Assembly (NCBI RefSeq): GCF_001194135.2
Contig: NC_068989.1
Span: 84,716,204 to 84,780,203, forward strand
Direction: 5' to 3'
Source of the DNA: Octopus bimaculoides
Lineage: Eukaryota
Length of the DNA: 64,000 nt
Notes under the pieces: model-generated
Database searches by the model: none
What the model was told of the DNA's origin: nothing
The model's input: only the letters and a program-made list of their open reading frames with translations
Part shown: positions 12,300 to 22,945 of the stretch, piece by piece
Layout of the letters: the number at the start of each line of letters is the position of its first letter
How positions within the stretch are numbered: the first letter of the stretch is position 1
Program-made: the position numbers and the translations under genes

Positions 12300-12766
12300 A
12301 AAATCAAGATGTTAATTTGGATGCTATTCTTGGAGAACTCTGTGAACTTGAATGTCAGTTAAATACGACACAGAATGAAATATCAAAGTCTCTGGCTCCA
12401 TCGACGACGACTCCGCAGTCTACAGTAGGAATTAACTCTAGTGATCCTCCGGTACACAATGAACCGACAGACCCAATTCAAGCTGAACTTGATGCACTGG
12501 CTGCAGAAATCACCAAAGGACTGGGATTTGATACAAGCGATGATTTCTTTGGCATGCACTCTGAGCTTACGTCACTGTTCCCGGACGGCGGCTTGGATAT
12601 CACCGAAACGGACTCTGCTTATTCTGACAATGCTTCTTTGCCGTCTTCAGAGTCATTCACATCAATGGCCACAGTGTCTTCATCTGCCGATACCTCGAGC
12701 ACTGGAGACGCCTGTAGCACAAGCAGCACGAGCACACTGACGCCAGCTTCTGCCACCCAAACTGAA
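12300..12766 (+). CDS. RAPH1: Internal coding exon of an MRL-family adaptor (MIG-10/RIAM/Lamellipodin; RAPH1/APBB1IP/pico-like), N-terminal region upstream of the RA-PH domains
   Basis: Acceptor tgtttttctctttcAG ends at 12299; donor GAA|GTAAGT at 12767-12772. The 467-nt frame is open and non-repetitive (phase 1 in, phase 0 out): xNQDVNLDAILGELCELECQLNTTQ...IQAELDALAAEITKGL...ETDSAYSDNASLPSSESFTS...ASATQTE. The LDAILGELC and DSA(F/Y)SD..SL.SSES motifs match my recollection of invertebrate MRL proteins. The exon itself is well supported; the family call is from memory, not BLAST. The TTG start in the ORF track is an artefact. Confidence 0.7.
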
Positions 12767-12998
12767 GTAAGTTCCTTCACTTCAATAACATCCTTTTTGG
12801 GGGGGATTTTCTTCCTTTCCTTGTTTTCTTTTTCTCAAGACACTTTCATTGCAAAGCTCCTCACCCACAGTGTTTATAATATTGTACAATAATTAAAGCA
12901 GTGAAAAATATTCCCTTTAGAGGTGTGTTTTCTGAGCCCGGTATACCCCTGGAGTGCAGCCTAAAAGTCTGCTTGTACTGTCCCTTCCCTTACCAAAA

Positions 12999-13320
12999 GA
13001 GACAATTAGGCACAGCTGTGTGGACGCTTAGATTTGGCACAGCTAACTGGACATTCACCCAGTTTTGGCAATGGTACTTTTTGCTGTTGGAGGTATGCAA
13101 ATACACACACACACACACACACAGAAATATACACATGCAGATAAAAAGAGAGAGAGGAGGAGAAACCTTACAATTTATTAATTGGCATAATTGACCTAAA
13201 CACCTTCCTTCTTTTCATGCACATTAAGAAATAACACTCACACACATAAACAGGAAGAATTCAGCACCAAATTGGCAGTGCCAAATAGGCAGCGCCAAAA
13301 CAGCTGTGCCAAAATGTCTC
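12999..13320. mobile_element. Decayed MITE with ~40-bp imperfect TIRs
   Basis: Left end gagacaattaggcacagctgtg...atttggcac; reverse complement of the right end is gagacattttggcacagctgtt...atttggcac. Confidence 0.6.
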
Positions 13321-15794
13321 ATACCCATCTCCATATATTGAAAGCATCAAACAGGCTCAAGCTCTGTTTGGGTACCCCTTGAATTACATGGGTACTTGCT
13401 GACAATACTCTGAGATAAGGATGCTTTGGTTGAAGTCTAAAATAAATGTTACAGTTTGCAGTGAAGGTGTTAACTAAATAACCAACTAATTATAATTATA
13501 ATCCTATATTGACTGTTAATTTATCTGGTTGGTTGTACTAACGAGCAATGCTGGATTTTAATTGCTAACCTTATATAACAGGCTTCTTTTCTTATGTTCT
13601 GTATAACTTAAACAGACTGGGTGGCTACTTTGACGATTTATCGATTTAATATTCCTCTAGCACTGACTCTGCTGCTGGGGACACTTCCAGGGCTTACTGC
13701 GTGTATTGTCTCAACTGGGGAAAGAGCATTGATTCTGTATCACTTGATTAAAGACCCCCCGAACTCTTTTATTACCCTATTCTTCATTGAAATACACTGT
13801 CTTTCTTCCAATTGATTTTAACAATAATGTAAACTTTCATAACACAGTTTTATCCTTATTACCCTGCTGTTTAGGACATCGATTAACATGAAATTTTGAT
13901 GGAAGAGTTTAATTTAAACTACTTTAAAATGGGAAGTTTGTATCATAGAACCAGGGACAGTTCCAGATGAATTTGTATCAAAAGGGTTAGGGGTCCGTTG
14001 AGTACAACTATTTATTCTGCAAGTACTGAATGAATGTTATTGTCCTTATTAATCTTATATATGGATGGGGCTTATGAGTTGCCTTATTAAGGATCTCGCT
14101 CGGATCAGTGTGTTTCTAAGGCTTATTATATAGGGGTCATTAGTTGTCTCTTCAACATACAGATAATTTATTTGTCCAGTGTCTTAATTTGACTCAAATT
14201 TTAGATCCAGTCCTCATTAGGGTCGTCTGTAGAACTTCAAATGTTTGATTCCCTATTCTAAAAGCAGTTACGAGTTTGTTGAAGATGATATCATTGCAAG
14301 ATTTGTCATCATCATCACATATCAACATCATGTGTTGATGACACTGCAACAAAAGTCTTCCTGATTAAGTACAGGGCAGGTTCTCTCATTGAGGACGAAG
14401 CTATAGTATTACTTCATTCTGACTTATAGTGCTTTCATGGCAGAAATATTGGGGTCATTTACCATTGCCTTCCCCCAACTGGGTGGATTTTGGTCCACAA
14501 GGAGCTAAACTACCCTTCGACAGGTCTAGTTTTCAGTCACAAGAGTAACAAACCATTCAAGTAAGGAAGAGCCAGTTTAGTTGCCAACCACTCAACCATG
14601 GAACAGGTAATACTGGCTTACATGGTACCAGTAGCAGGTCTCATCAGCCTGTGATGAGATCCTTGAGCTGAGTAGAAGGCAAGATTATTCATATTAGATG
14701 ATGTTTAAAAATCTCCCTTGCTCTTTATGTAGTTCCAGTTTTAAAGACACAGGGAATTTGTTGGTGGTATATTATGTCGCATTTCTTCACATTGGTTCAT
14801 GCAGTCCCTGTTTTTAAAGACTTTATTGTAAGAGCAACATCATCATTTAACATCTGTTTCCCATGCTGGCATGGGTTGGACAGTTTGACAGGAGCTGGGA
14901 AGCTGGAGAGCTGCACCAGACTCCAATTGTCTGTTTTGGTAAGGTTTCTATGACTAGATACCGTCCCCTAATGTCAACCACTTTACAGAGTGTACTGGAT
15001 GCTTTTTACATGGCCCCAGCACGGGTGATTTTTACGGCACCAGCACAGTTAAGATACAACTGCTGTATCATTGAGAAGACTAAGTGACCACATAGAAACT
15101 ACTCCTGGCCTCATGTATCCTTACTGTCATGTCAGTAAGAAATTTATAGAGGGTGAAGGGGTCAGCTACTCGCTGCCTTATGTAATCTCCACTTTAAGGA
15201 TGGAAATGTAGAGATTTGGTCCTGACAATGAACAGATAGAATGATAAACAACACAGAATCTATACTCCCTCATTGCATCAGTAGATAAGGAGTATTACTC
15301 ATACTCTGACTTGTAGTTTTTACGGTGGGATGGGATCATACGAATGGGATAGGTTGTTGTTTAGTGTGTGAAACAAAGTGACTCACTTGAGACCACAACA
15401 GGTGGGGGGGGGGGGCAATGGGGCAATAGTCAGACATATGATGATGTGTCTATGAGACAGCAATTTTAGTGACTTGGTTGATTTAAATATGATTTGTTGT
15501 GGAGGTTTCCATCATAATCTGTTCTTGCCTGGTCGTTGATCAATGATCAGAAGTGACAGCCACATATGGATGTGAGAGGGTCCTTATACTGAAGAAGAAT
15601 GGATGTTATGTATTAGGGATAGAAAACTGCTGGTTTCTGTACAGTGTTGAGAAATGATGAAGCTGTGAAGAACTTCTCCACTTTCTACATTTGATATTGT
15701 TAAGTCATAAACTGTGACATTTAAACGCAATACATTTGTTTGTCGATCTGTGAGAGAGAGAAGTCTTTGAGCTGATACAACTTGGTAATACATC

Positions 15795-17212
15795 AACAGA
15801 AACAACAACATTCATAATTTCAAATGTTGGCACAAAAATACAATTTGGAGTTGTGCTCTACTGTGAGACACCACGCTACAATTTGGGGTTGTGCTCTACT
15901 GTGAGACACCACGCTACAATTTGGGGTTGTGCTCTACTGTGAGACACCACGCTACCGTCCCTGTCTCTTCTGGCCAAATACTGTACTGTAAGACAACAGA
16001 ACATCACTTTTATCCCCTCTTCACTGCCATCTTGTAAATAATAATAATAATAATCCTTTCTACTAAAGGTACAAGGCCTGTAATTTGTGGTGAGGGGGAC
16101 TAGTTGATTACATTGACCTCCAGTGTTCAACTGGTACTTATTTCATTGACCCTGAAAGGATGAAAGGCAAAGTTGACCTCAGTGGAATTTGAACTCACAC
16201 CGTAAAGATGGACAAAATGCCATTAAGCATTTTACCCAGCATGCTAATGATTCTGCCAACTCACTGCCTTAAACCATGTTCCTATATTAGACAGTTCTTC
16301 TTTTTCTTCACCTTCTTCTTCTTCTTCTCCTCCTTCACTTTCCTTTGTTTTTTTCTTAAGCCTTTTAAAAACCATTGGAACACTTCTCAAATGTTTCCAT
16401 CAGAACAAACACACAAACAGACAAACCAGGAAAAAAAATTCAGCCTTTTTTTTTTTCTTCTTTTTTTGTATATATATTTTTTTCATCCTAGCGGAAACAT
16501 AACTTTACTATATTCCTTTCCATATTAGCTGCCATATTTTTATAAGGAATATTGACATGCTGTTTACTTAATTCCACCCTGAAACTAGCACCATCGCCAC
16601 CACCGCCACCCCTCCCTGCTAATCTCCACATTAAGGTTTGGTACCCTGTGACTTCCACTTACATTTCTGAACTTCTCAAATGACGCCAATACACTCAATT
16701 CCACAGAGCACGTGTGTTCTGTGAATAGAGTCATGTAAAGAATATTCTTTGAGACTCAACTCGACTGGGTTTTATTTTCTAAATTTTTATTTTATTTTAT
16801 ATATTTATTTATTTGTTTATTTATTTTTTACTTTTCCATTTTACTTTCTGAATTACTTTTCTTCATGTTTTAATGTTTCTCTCTCTCGTTGTTTCGCTAA
16901 CGTTACAGACTTCTTATGACTATTACGATATAAAATATGTATTTGTGTGTGTGTGTGTGTATGTGTGTGTGTACAATCTCTCTTCTACATCAGTCAGCCT
17001 GCAAGGAATTGAACATGAAAATCTTCAAGATAAAAGATATTTTATATACAACAGAAACAACATTCATAATTTCAGATGTTGGCACAAGAATACGATTTAG
17101 GGTTGTGCTGTACTTTGAGACACCACACTACAGTCCCTGTCTCTTCTGCCCAAATACTATACTTTAAGACAACAGAACATTACTTTTACCCACTTTTTAC
17201 TGCCATTTTGTA

Positions 17213-17243
<31 letters not shown>

Positions 17244-17341
17244 CTCTGAATAGCCAGCTGGAGGTGTCCTCCTGAGACTACAAGCTACAGTAGCATCCAC
17301 CCTTAGCGGTTAGCCACATTTAAGTGGCAAATATACTTCAC

Positions 17342-17372
<31 letters not shown>

Positions 17373-17575
17373 GTAATAATAATAATAATCCTTTCTACTA
17401 ATGGCACAAGGCATGTAATTTGTCAGGTAGAGATTAGTTGACTACATTGACCCCCAGTGTTTAACTGGTACTTATTTCATCAACCCCGAAAGGATGAAAG
17501 GCAAAGTTGACCTCGGCAGAATTTGAACTCAGAACACAGCAACGGGTGAAATGATGCTAAGCATTTCATCCAGCC
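15795..17575 (+). repeat. Local direct duplication (15795-16270 vs 17048-17575), each copy ending in a minus-strand family B SINE
   Basis: caacagaaacaac..ttcataatttca(a/g)atgttggcacaa...gtccctgtctcttctg..caaatact...ttgtaaataataat is shared by both copies about 1.25 kb apart. Confidence 0.85.
15841..15954 (+). repeat. Tandem repeat, 38-bp unit x3
   Basis: caatttgg(a/g)gttgtgctctactgtgagacaccacgcta at 15841, 15879 and 15917, with one mismatch among copies. Confidence 0.95.
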
Positions 17576-18168
17576 TGTTATGTGTGTGTGTGTGTGTGTG
17601 TGCATACATGCATGCATGTGTGCATCAATGTGTATGTGTGCATGCATGTGTGTCCACTATATCGATGTGTGTTTGCATATGTGTGTATGTGTGTCTTTCC
17701 CCACACCTCCAAACACAGAATGGTTACGACGCTATCTGAGTTACACCAAAACCAAACAAAACCAAAATATTCATCAATATTCTTCAAAATAGATTCTGCA
17801 AAACTAATATCTCATTGGTTCCAGCTTATTGCCTGTGGCCATGCTGTGGCATTGCCACATGTATGTATTATACATTTATATGTATCTATATGTGTGTGTT
17901 TGTGTTAAATGAAAACGTGACGGCCCAGCCTCTTTAACTGCCTTCAAGACACAACCTTCAGCATCATTTTGTCCAATGATAGCCATCTCAATATTCATTG
18001 TTCAGCTGATAAAAATTAATTAGACAGGATAATGAGACATTTAAACATCATTGGACTATAACAACATAACTCATGTGACACGTATGCTGCTCTGTAAATA
18101 TCCATAGTTACCATATTTCCCAACATATATATAAGACGACGACTATAGTATAAACATACAGTGTAAAC

Positions 18169-18477
18169 CAGTGGTTCGGAGAATTTTGGGGGCTGCCGCC
18201 CCCTTGACACGCAGGCCACATTCCTAGCGCCCCCATCTCAAGAAACCATTACAAACATAGACCTCTTTCTGAAGCAAATTCAAAGCAACTGTATTTCACA
18301 AATAAAACTTAATGAACCCAATATTTTTGTTGTTTTTACATGTATCGCTACCCCNNNNNNNNNNNNNNNNNNNNNNNNNNNNNNNNNNNNNNNNNNNNNN
18401 NNNNNNNNNNNNNNNNNNNNNNNNNNNNNNNNNNNNNNCCCGGGGGTGGGGAATACCACCCATTTTGGGAACCACTG
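18169..18477. mobile_element. hAT-like non-autonomous element (MITE), partly in a gap
   Basis: Termini CAGTGGTT...AACCACTG. No matching 8-bp TSD is visible. Confidence 0.6.
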
Positions 18478-18966
18478 GAAATATTCAAATATTGTCGCTA
18501 TCTTTCCAAATGTGACTACATTTCACAGGGAATTTTTGGTCCTCCAAAACCATCTTGGCGTTTCGGTCAACCTACTTTTTTTTTCTTTTCTTTTTTTTTT
18601 GGGGGGGGTGTAAATTTTGGTCTGAAAATGCAGTAATATCCAATGATAGGCAGGAACAAAATGTTTGGAAACTATTTCAGATTTAGATTTTATGTCTAAG
18701 GGCCTTCCTCTTAAGTTTTCCAGTCCAGAGATAGCCACAAGTACAGTTGATCCAGTCGTTTTACTGTACACCCAGGCATAAAGTTGGTATTTCTACGTGC
18801 GCACGCACACACACACTAGCCATCCCATAATTATTACCACAGACGAGTTCCAATAGCCAAACTCGCAAAGACAATTGAGAACTGTTTGAAGTTTGGAAAT
18901 CACAGAAGTTAGTGACTTGTTTTCTCATAAACCGTTCGCAGAATTTAAACTCAGCACTGCAAGATA

Positions 18967-19275
18967 GGGGAGATACATGGCCTAGTGGTTAGAGCCGGGA
19001 ACTCGCAGTCGAGGGATCGCGGGTTCGAATCCCAGACCGGATGATGTGCGTGTTTATGAGCGAAGCACCTAAAGCTCTACGCGGCTCCGGCAGAAGGAAA
19101 TGGTGAACTTCTGCTAACTCTTTCGCCACAACTTTCTCTCACTCTTTCCTCTTGCATCTAGCAGCTCACCTGCGACGGACCGGCGTCCCGTCCAAGTAGG
19201 GAAACTATACGCCAATGAAACCGGGAAACCGGCCCTTATGAACCAGGCATGGCTCGAGAAGGAATAAACAACAAT
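18967..19275 (+). mobile_element. SINE family D, full-length with 11-bp TSD
   Basis: A box TGGCCTAGTGG at 18978-18988; B box GGTTCGAATCC at 19022-19032; (AAC)-rich tail. TSD ACTGCAAGATA at 18956-18966 and 19276-19286. Confidence 0.9.
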
Positions 19276-20007
19276 ACTGCAAGATAACGTATCATTTATT
19301 ATTCGTTTTACAATTAGAATTTTAGTAGACATGATAACATCTCCTTGAGTTGTGTCTGCAACAGATTTTGAGTTCCAGTTAAAGATGCTTCACTTCATTT
19401 TACATCACTTACGCCGGTAATATTCTTCAGAAAGGCATGCATAACACGACTTCCCATCAATTTTGGTGTCTGTAAAATCAAATACAATCATTAAGAGCCT
19501 AAATAATTGTAATATGTTATGACTATGTTCTGTGGAGCTGTGAGGTGTATCTACGACTTCTTTGAAGTTGAGAGAGTTAGACGAGCGACATACTGAATTA
19601 TAAAATCAGTGCCGTTGTTGGGACTCGATCATTCGACCCTTTGATCGATGGTTTGATCTCGTGACCACTAAGATTTTCGCTGTCGAACTTCGCTTGGAAT
19701 AAAGCTGAGAAGTGCAAGGGAGACAACTCTACTCTGACACAACCACACACTGTGATGTTCTGTTTAACTTGACGGATTATTGAATGGATTCTCATATGGG
19801 AATGAAGAGGGTGTTACTGGGCGGGGGGAGGGATTATGGAGAACGGTGGGATCACGTAGACAACTAATTCTTATTTCAAAGTTATATCACATGACTAAGA
19901 CAGTACTGTTACTTAATACTCTTTACAAGGGAAAGATATCAACATCGCTTTATCTCATTCCACTTTACACACACTCATAATCAGCGGTGCCTACTCGGTA
20001 CATCGTG

Positions 20008-20735
20008 AGCTAGCAGAATCGTTAGCGCGCCGGACGAAATGCTTAGCGATAATTCGCCCGTCGCTACGTTCTGAGTTCAAATTCCGCCGAGGTTGACTCT
20101 GTCTTTCATCTTTTCGGGGTCGATAAATTAAGTACCAGTGAAACACTGGGGGTCAACGTAATCGACTTATTCCCTCCCCCAGAATGGCTGCTCTTGTGAA
20201 AAAATTTGAAACCATTATTATTAGAGCAAGCCAGCCGGACCATTAGCAATCTGGGCACAATGCCTAGCAGTATTTCCTCCGGCTTAACATACCGAGTACA
20301 AATTCTGCCAAAATCGACATGGCCTTTCATCCTTTCAGAGTGAGTAAAATAAATACCAGTCAAGCACTGGGGTCGAGGTAATCTACTCTCCACATCTTCC
20401 AAAATTTAAAGCTTTCTACCTATAGTAGAACGGATCATTATTATAACTATTATTATCATTAAAGTGTTGAGCTGGCCAAACCGTTAGATGGATAATAGTT
20501 ATCCTCTCTGTTATAGGCTGGGCAATAAAGAAATAAGAAACGCTAGCACGCCGGGCGAAATGCTCAGCGGGTATTTCGTCTGTCTTTACCTTATGAGTTC
20601 AAATTCCGTCGAGGTCGACTTTGCCTTTCATCCTTTCGAGATCGATAAATTAAGTACCAGTTGTGTAATGGAGTCGATCTAATCGACTTCCCCCCTCCCC
20701 CAAAATGTCAGGCCTTGTGCCTAGAGTAGAAAAGG
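20008..20735 (+). mobile_element. Three head-to-tail SINE family B copies
   Basis: Family B heads near 20008, 20235 and 20545, each followed by the core. Confidence 0.8.
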
Positions 20736-20912
20736 ATACTTTTCTTGGGTATTTAATTAATGACTTACTGACACAGATTTTGTTGTTCACTTATAGTAGG
20801 TTTTTTTTTACTTTTGCACAGGAAGTTTAAACAGGATAAACCTATCCTGGTGGTTGAAATGGGCTTATGAAAAAATATTACCTTTATCCTTTAGACATTG
20901 GTTTAGTTTTCA

Positions 20913-21067
20913 GGCATAACTACAGGGTTTTACCCCCCAGACTTTGGGAGGTCATAACTTTCAGAAAAATGAATATTTTTTAATGAAATTTTCTCATTAA
21001 AAAATATTCATTTTTCTGAAAGTTATGACCTCCCAAAGTCTGGGGGGTAAAACCCTGTAGTTATGCC
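20913..21067. repeat. Perfect palindrome: 74-bp arms, 7-nt spacer, flanked by an 8-bp direct repeat
   Basis: 20913-20986 is the exact reverse complement of 20994-21067; spacer AATTTTC. AGTTTTCA occurs at 20905-20912 and 21068-21075. Confidence 0.95.
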
Positions 21068-21704
21068 AGTTTTCATTACTTATTTACGGAAACATTTTAG
21101 TGTCATCATGCAGTAAATCATATTTTTGTGTGAAGCTGGTGTGAATTCTCCAACTTTACGATAGATAGAAAAAAAACTGAGATTTTATTAAAAGAAACAG
21201 GAAAGGAGAGTTGCCAATCGTCAGAAGCAATCTGTTCAGTTACGTATGTATAGGAACGAATGTGTGTTTTCAAGAAGGCGACTTTGTTGTGGTGGAGACC
21301 AATCTCTCGGGGTATGAGAGTGAGATTCAATTTAATGCGGCTGTAGTCAAGGTACATAACTCTGCCTCACTCAGTCACTACATTAGATTCTGTCTTCATT
21401 TTGCAAGTTGACTTTAAGAAGGAAATCATCTGGGTGTGTTTATGTGATACAGACACCAGGAATGAGAGATTCAATTACTAGACTACTGGCCCCATGGACA
21501 AAGACGCTTAACTGTGCTTATTCCAGTTTCACCCATTATAGTTCAATTGCTCGCAGTTGTAACGAATGATACACATCCATACAGATATAAAATTCATTGA
21601 TTGAATAAATAAAATATCTTACCTTCCACCACCATCAACAGTACCGCTATTGTAAAGCTCAAAGCAACTCTAAACAAAATAAATTTCAAATTTTATCGGC
21701 CCAG

Positions 21705-21792
21705 GATTGGCTGCGTGGTAAGAAGTTCGCTTCCCAACCACATGGTTCCGGGTTCAGTCCCACTGTGTGGCACGTTGGGCAATTGTCTTCTA
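21705..21792 (+). mobile_element. SINE family A head fragment
   Basis: ggattggctgcgtggtaagaagttcgcttcccaaccacatggttccgggttcagtcccactg. Confidence 0.8.
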
Positions 21793-22184
21793 CTGATGAC
21801 GGCGGTAATGGAGATTATAATCCTTTCTGTTCTAGGCACGAGGTCTAAAATTTGAGGAAAGGGAGTCTTGTCGATTACATTGACCCCAGTACTCGACTGG
21901 TCCTTATTTTATTGACCCTAAAAACAAAAGTCGACCTCAACAGAATTTGAACTCTGAACAAAAAGCCGGAAGAAATACCACTAAGCATTTTGCCCAACGA
22001 TTCTGCCAGCTCACCACTTTAAGAGAGGTAACAATAGTTTCGAATTTTGGCACAGGGCCAACAATTTTTTAAGGGGAGGGGGAATCCATTGCATCAACCT
22101 CAGTATATTTTATCGAACCCAAAAGACATCAAATATGGTGTTAATTTTGATGATGTTAGTGGTTATGAGGATAATAATAATAAT

Positions 22185-22549
22185 AAGAGCACTCAGAGAG
22201 CGCAAACCACCGCCAAGGCAACACCAACGTCCTCTCAACGATTAGCCAGAGATGATTTTTAAAATGAGAATATCTGGAATAAACTCGACTGTTCTCACAA
22301 ACAAGAATACTAAAAACGAACCCGACTGCCCTCAATAATGAAGTAAAAGAACCGGAAAAATAATCCAGAATTCTTCTCCGGTATCAGATCGATCCCAAAA
22401 TCTAATCCGTTCGTGCCAGTCTCGAGGCCAAACTTCCCTGGAAGTTTCATCCGAATCCATCCAGCGGTTCTTGAGATATCTTGTCCACGAACAAACAAAC
22501 AAACACGACTGAAAAAAAATATCTCCGTCTTCGCTAAGGCGGAGGTAAT
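22185..22549 (+). mobile_element. Helentron/HINE (DINE-1-like) non-autonomous element
   Basis: 5' subterminal accaccgcc (22206-22214) is complementary to 3' ggcggaggt (22538-22546). There is an internal (AAAC)n and a 3' stem-loop ctccgtctt-cgct-aaggcggag. A second copy lies on the minus strand at 63072-63180. The classification is inferred from architecture. Confidence 0.6.
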
Positions 22550-22554
22550 AAAGT

Positions 22555-22945
22555 TTTCAAATTTTGACAAAAGGCCGGCAATTTCAGGGTAAAGGTAATT
22601 CGATTATATCGACCCCAGTGTTCAACTGGTACTTATTTTATCGACCCCGAAAGGACGAAAGGCATAGTCGACCTCGGCGGAATTTGAACTCAGAACGTAA
22701 GGACGGGCGAAATGCCGCTGAGCATTGTGTCTGGCGTGCTAACCATTCCACTAGCTCGCCGACCCCAATACTACTACTACTACTACTAAAGGCACTAAGC
22801 CTGAAATTTTGGGGGAGTGGACTAGTCAATTACATCGACCTCAGTACGCAACTGGTACTTAATTTATCGACTCCGAAAGGATGAAAGGTGAAGTCGACCT
22901 CAGCAGAATTTGAACTCAGAACGTTAAGACGAGCGAAATACCGCT
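22555..22945 (-). mobile_element. Two SINE family B copies
   Basis: Reverse complement of the family B core at ~22555-22760 and ~22790-22945. Confidence 0.85.

Noticed and set aside
12317-12892. 191-aa ORF treated as a complete single-exon gene
   Set aside because: It starts at TTG and reads through a consensus GTAAGT donor at 12767 into T-rich intron (FFLSLFSFS). The real unit is the spliced exon 12300-12766.
18967-19045. Possible tRNA gene (perfect A and B boxes)
   Set aside because: It continues into a SINE body with a tail and TSD and has no clean acceptor stem or poly-T terminator; it is a tRNA-derived SINE head. The remnant near 19605-19680 (minus) is likewise a decayed head.
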